A stretch of 61,587 bases of DNA from Burkholderiaceae bacterium (lineage in GTDB: Bacteria > Pseudomonadota > Gammaproteobacteria > Burkholderiales > Burkholderiaceae_B). The stretch spans positions 1 to 61,587 of the forward strand of contig SKIZ01000124.1 of the NCBI GenBank assembly GCA_007116135.1. The letters run 5' to 3'. Each line of letters begins with the position of its first letter. Position 1 is the first letter of the stretch. A model generated the notes under the pieces. It did not search any database. It saw nothing but the letters and a program-made list of their open reading frames with translations, and was not told the origin of the DNA. Below, in pieces: positions 57,568 to 61,587 of the stretch. The position numbers were made by a program, and so were the translations under genes.

Positions 57568-58842
57568 CTAGCGCTGATCGTTACGCGAGGGGAATAGGCG
57601 TGGCAGCCAACCAAGCAGTTGCTGGCGTTCACTTTCTTCACTTTGGTGGATGGCAGCCAACGTGCCATGCAGGTACTTCTGAGTCAGCGCGTGCGCAAGT
57701 TGCTCCATGACGGCTTCTGGCGATTCACCCTTGGACAAAGCCCGCCGGGCACGGTCGAGTTCGTGCTGTTGCACGGCTTGCGCCCCGGCTTGAAGGCCCT
57801 GAATGATGGGGACAGTTGAGCGCAACTGCAACCAGTGCATAAAGCTGCGCACGCGTGAGTCAATGATGGCCTCAGCCTGAACCACTGCGGCCTGCCTGGC
57901 TTGGGCACCGGATTGCACCACCGCGCCCAAGTCGTCAACGCTGTAGAGATAGACGTCATCAAGACGACCAACTTCGGGTTCAATATCACGAGGCACCGCA
58001 AGATCAACCATCACCATCGGCAGGCGCCGACGTGCTTTGGTGGCTCGCTCCACGAGCCCCAAGCCCAAAATGGGCAACGTACTGGCCGTACAGGAGACAA
58101 CCACGTCAAACTGCGCTAGGCGATCAGACAAATCCGCTAGCCGCATCGAAGAGGCGTCAAACCGGGTCGCGAGCGCATCAGCGCGTTCGATGGTTCGATT
58201 GGCCACAGTCATCTGCTTAGGGCTTTTGGCCGCAAAATGGGTGGCACAGAGCTCAATCATTTCGCCTGCACCAATAAATAGGATCTTAGATTCGCTTAAG
58301 TTGCCAAACACGCGCTCAGCCAGACGCACTGCAGCAGCCGCTAGCGAAACTGACTGCTCCCCAATGGCTGTGGTGGTTCGGACTTCTTTGGCCACAGCGA
58401 AGGTGCGCTGAAACAGTTGATGCAAGTAGGTGCCAAGTGCGCCAGCCTGCTCAGCGGTGCGAACTGCCCCCTTCATCTGGCCAAGGATCTGGGACTCCCC
58501 AAGAACCATCGAATCCAAGCCACTGGCAACCCGGAAGGCATGGCGCACCGCTTGGTCATGGTCATGCAGGTATAGATGAGGCATTAACACATGTGGTTCT
58601 AGCGCACGATATTGCGCGAGCCAATGCGGCAACTGCTGCGCTACCGAATCATCGGCGGCGCAGTAAAGCTCGGTCCGATTACAGGTCGAGAGCACTGCAG
58701 CCTCGTGGATTGCACCACCAAATGCCGAGCGAAGCGCATTAATCGCCGGGGCAGCCAAATCGTCGGCCAACGACACCCGTTCACGGACCTGCACAGGTGC
58801 CGAGTGGTGATTTAGACCGAGTGTATAGACGCCGACTGACAT
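57568..58842 (-). CDS. hemA: Glutamyl-tRNA reductase
   Basis: [35 protein letters not shown]. Confidence 0.97.
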   Translation of the reverse strand: MSVGVYTLGLNHHSAPVQVRERVSLADDLAAPAINALRSAFGGAIHEAAVLSTCNRTELYCAADDSVAQQLPHWLAQYRALEPHVLMPHLYLHDHDQAVRHAFRVASGLDSMVLGESQILGQMKGAVRTAEQAGALGTYLHQLFQRTFAVAKEVRTTTAIGEQSVSLAAAAVRLAERVFGNLSESKILFIGAGEMIELCATHFAAKSPKQMTVANRTIERADALATRFDASSMRLADLSDRLAQFDVVVSCTASTLPILGLGLVERATKARRRLPMVMVDLAVPRDIEPEVGRLDDVYLYSVDDLGAVVQSGAQARQAAVVQAEAIIDSRVRSFMHWLQLRSTVPIIQGLQAGAQAVQQHELDRARRALSKGESPEAVMEQLAHALTQKYLHGTLAAIHQSEESERQQLLGWLPRLFPSRNDQR

Positions 58843-59165
58843 TGAAAAAGCCTATCTGTTTTCGCGAAGCATTGATTGCTGTCAATCGGATTATAGAACC
58901 TGAAGGCACCAAACTGCAGCATTGTGCACTCGAGATGGTCAGGAATATCGATACTTACTTGACTTGAATCAATCGGAACTTGCGCCAGGCGCGCGCCTCA
59001 GATACAAAGACATTGACAACTTTCCTTGTCACCGGTCTAGGCGCCTGATCAAATCGTCTGGGCTGAACCAAGAGGTTTTGTCTCACTTCTGGTCGGCAGT
59101 TCGCGGACCAGCATTCAAGGCCCGACAAACGAACTCACCCCAAGCAAGGGAGATGGAGATACCTG

Positions 59166-61445
59166 TTGGTGCGTCATTTAGCGGCCCTTAGCGTTTCGAG
59201 CCTGCTTATTGCTTGCAGCGGGGGCGGCGGCTCGCAGGTAGCCCAAGTCCCGCCAGGCCCTACCTTGCCCCCGCCGCAGGCGAGCCCGGCACCACCATCG
59301 ACAAGCCCACCATCGGACTCTAGCGAACCTTCCCCGGTCCTGAGCCCCGGGCTGCGGCCCACACCCGGATGCACCAACTGCGGCATATTCGCCGCTGAAT
59401 ACAACGCCCAATATGGTCTGGCAACCATTGGCGCGGGCCAAGCCAACGATGCCGGCTTGACTGGCTGGGGTGTTCGGGTGGGTATGGTTGACACCGGAAT
59501 CGATGTGAACCATCCCGAATTCGCTTCTCGACAGATCTCTGGCCGCGATTTTGGGGGTAACGGCCCGCAAGGCCATCTGGTCGACGAAGCCGGTCATGGC
59601 ACGCACGTGAGCTCGATTCTGGGGGCGAGCCGGGATGCGCAAGGCATGCGCGGGGTCGCTTACGACAGCTTGCTTTACTCCTATCGCGTGGACGCCTTTG
59701 CCGGACGCTTTTTGCCTGGCGTGGCCACCGATGCCGCTTGGGCGCAAGTGCTCGAGCAACACATCACCGATGGCATTCAGGTATCGAACAACAGCTGGGG
59801 GTCGACGCTTGCGATCACCCAGGTCAGCGAGGGCCGGCTACGAAGCACCTATCGGCAAGTGATTCCAACCTTGGTGCGGGCGCAGCAACAGGGCACGATC
59901 TTCGTGTTCGCCGCCGGCAATGATGGGGGCACACAGCCTTCGGTCATTGGCGCCATGCCCGTGCGCATTGGCGAGCTACAGGACCAGTGGCTGGTGGTTG
60001 TCGCCGTCGACGAGCAATTGCGCGAAACTGCTTTTACCAACCGGTGCGGGCTCGCGGCTGAGTTCTGTGTGGCCGCACCTGGCCAAGACATCAATGCCGC
60101 TCGCGCCAATGAAGACGGCTATCGAACGTTATCAGGCACGTCAATGGCTGCACCACACGTCGCTGGCGTGGTGGCCTTGGTCTACCAGCGGTTTCCTGAG
60201 CTTGATCCCGCCGAAATCACCAACCGAGTCAAGGCCACAGCATCGCTCGATGGGCTCACAGGCTTCGGGCCCCAGGGCTGTACGATCGATACCTGCTCCG
60301 AGGCACAAATGCGCGCAATCTTTGGTCACGGGCTAGTCAATGCTCAGGCCGCCACGAGCCCGATCGGCACGCTGGTCTATGCCACCGATGGCAACGCGAA
60401 GACCAGTGCAGGCCACGAGCTCGGTAGCACTTCTTTTTCCGTGCCAGCCGGCTTGGGCCCAGCCATTGCGGACCAATTAAGTCAGACGAAAGTTGCCGTG
60501 TTCGATTCCTTTGATGGGGCGACTTTTCATGTCCCAGCCCATCATCTTTTTGATACCGGCAAGCGCCAAAACCTCGCAGCCATAGGCTACGCAGCCCACC
60601 CCAACGCCTTGCAGGCCTCACAAGGTATCGGCGCGCATGCCAGCTCGTTTGCGCTAAACCAATCGACTGTGCCGATGTTTGTGAGTTTTTCCAACCATGC
60701 GCTGACCGCGATGTCAGCCACCTCATGGGGAGCAAAAGCCGGTTTTATGGCGCAGCCTGCGCTTCTGACCAACCAAGCCACGCAGCAATTCGAATGGGGC
60801 CTGGTACACAATGACCGCTTCAGTGTTCGACCCTTTGCCCAATTCGCCCAGGACTCAGACGGCCAGCTGCTTGGCGGGGGGTTAAATTTGTCTTTCCGTC
60901 CCACCCTGGCATCACGAGCACACATTGGACTGGCCCAAACCCAGTCGCCCATGGCCAACAGCCTGCTTGGCAATCAAAACACCAACCCAATTGCGATGAA
61001 CACTGCCGAAATTGGGTTCGAGCACGATCTAAACCCAAAGCTGTCTGTTTTTGCGCGCAGCCGCATCACCAGTCTTGGCCGCGCTAGCGCATCGACTGAG
61101 CAATGGGGTGTGCGCGGTGGGCAGATCTTGCAGCATCACATTGGAATGGAACTAAAACTTGATAAAGCCCGCGTGGCATTCGGTGCGTATGACCCGGGCA
61201 CCCTAAACAATGGCACACTCACCCTGCTCATGCCTGATGGCCGAACGGCTCAAGGGCAAGTCACATACCGAGAGCAGGGTTTCAGCGTTAACCAGCAGCG
61301 CCGGTTTGGTGGTTTTCTGGCCACAATGATTCCGATCCGCATGGGCAGCACCGACTTAGGCACGGTGACGTTTTCGATCCAACAATCAACGGACAATCCG
61401 TCGCGCGTGGGGCGTGCCTCGCTGACATATTCGCACCAGTTCTGA
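59166..61445 (+). CDS. Lipoprotein S8 (subtilisin-like) serine protease with probable C-terminal beta-barrel
   Basis: SD GGAG + TTG start; lipobox LIAC-SGGGG; Pro/Ser linker; triad VDTG/GHGTHV/GTSMAAP, oxyanion AAGN; C-terminal LTYSHQF. Confidence 0.88.
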   Translation: MVRHLAALSVSSLLIACSGGGGSQVAQVPPGPTLPPPQASPAPPSTSPPSDSSEPSPVLSPGLRPTPGCTNCGIFAAEYNAQYGLATIGAGQANDAGLTGWGVRVGMVDTGIDVNHPEFASRQISGRDFGGNGPQGHLVDEAGHGTHVSSILGASRDAQGMRGVAYDSLLYSYRVDAFAGRFLPGVATDAAWAQVLEQHITDGIQVSNNSWGSTLAITQVSEGRLRSTYRQVIPTLVRAQQQGTIFVFAAGNDGGTQPSVIGAMPVRIGELQDQWLVVVAVDEQLRETAFTNRCGLAAEFCVAAPGQDINAARANEDGYRTLSGTSMAAPHVAGVVALVYQRFPELDPAEITNRVKATASLDGLTGFGPQGCTIDTCSEAQMRAIFGHGLVNAQAATSPIGTLVYATDGNAKTSAGHELGSTSFSVPAGLGPAIADQLSQTKVAVFDSFDGATFHVPAHHLFDTGKRQNLAAIGYAAHPNALQASQGIGAHASSFALNQSTVPMFVSFSNHALTAMSATSWGAKAGFMAQPALLTNQATQQFEWGLVHNDRFSVRPFAQFAQDSDGQLLGGGLNLSFRPTLASRAHIGLAQTQSPMANSLLGNQNTNPIAMNTAEIGFEHDLNPKLSVFARSRITSLGRASASTEQWGVRGGQILQHHIGMELKLDKARVAFGAYDPGTLNNGTLTLLMPDGRTAQGQVTYREQGFSVNQQRRFGGFLATMIPIRMGSTDLGTVTFSIQQSTDNPSRVGRASLTYSHQF

Positions 61446-61511
61446 TAGCGCAAAAATGCAAACCCGCCGTGTTCGCCCGAATCTTTTGGTGTATCATCTG
61501 ACTCTTCATTT

Positions 61512-61587
<76 letters not shown>

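Noticed and set aside
58922-59191. 89-aa ORF upstream of the S8 protease
   Set aside because: TTG start without a clear SD, no motif, and it overlaps the protease start; cannot be supported.

Overview
This 61.6-kb window is gene-dense, moderately GC-rich core chromosome from a Betaproteobacterium. Gene order and protein sequences resemble Burkholderiales, probably Alcaligenaceae (inference). In order it carries thiE (5'-partial), hemL, argJ, a DUF815 ATPase, a Nudix-ThiE fusion, pilD-coaE-zapD plus an outer-membrane efflux factor, panC-scpA, ftsEX-mutY, mreBCD-mrdA-rodA, gatCAB, pyrE/xth, metX-metW-ampG under a SAM-II-like riboswitch, gshA, tRNA-Arg(CCG), a dihaem cytochrome c5, nnrD, rep, priA, hemE, the complete atp operon, an M61 peptidase, mnmH(selU), a TrxB-like flavoprotein, folB-ttcA, ubiX-grxD-prmC-prfA-hemA, a lipoprotein S8 protease and tRNA-Phe(GAA), whose CCA is the last base. 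I found no transposase, integrase, prophage, CRISPR array or defence system, and no clear-cut novel multi-gene system. The best leads are mostly regulatory. (1) Three regulators lack their sensor or ATPase domains. (2) A lux-box-like palindrome and a recurring GGG-N4-CCC 14-mer occur in intergenic DNA. (3) A DnaA-box/IHF/AT-rich cluster lies between hemE and priA. (4) A selU-flavoprotein-ttcA neighbourhood may link Se/S tRNA modification. All identifications come from motif recognition by eye; no database searches were run.
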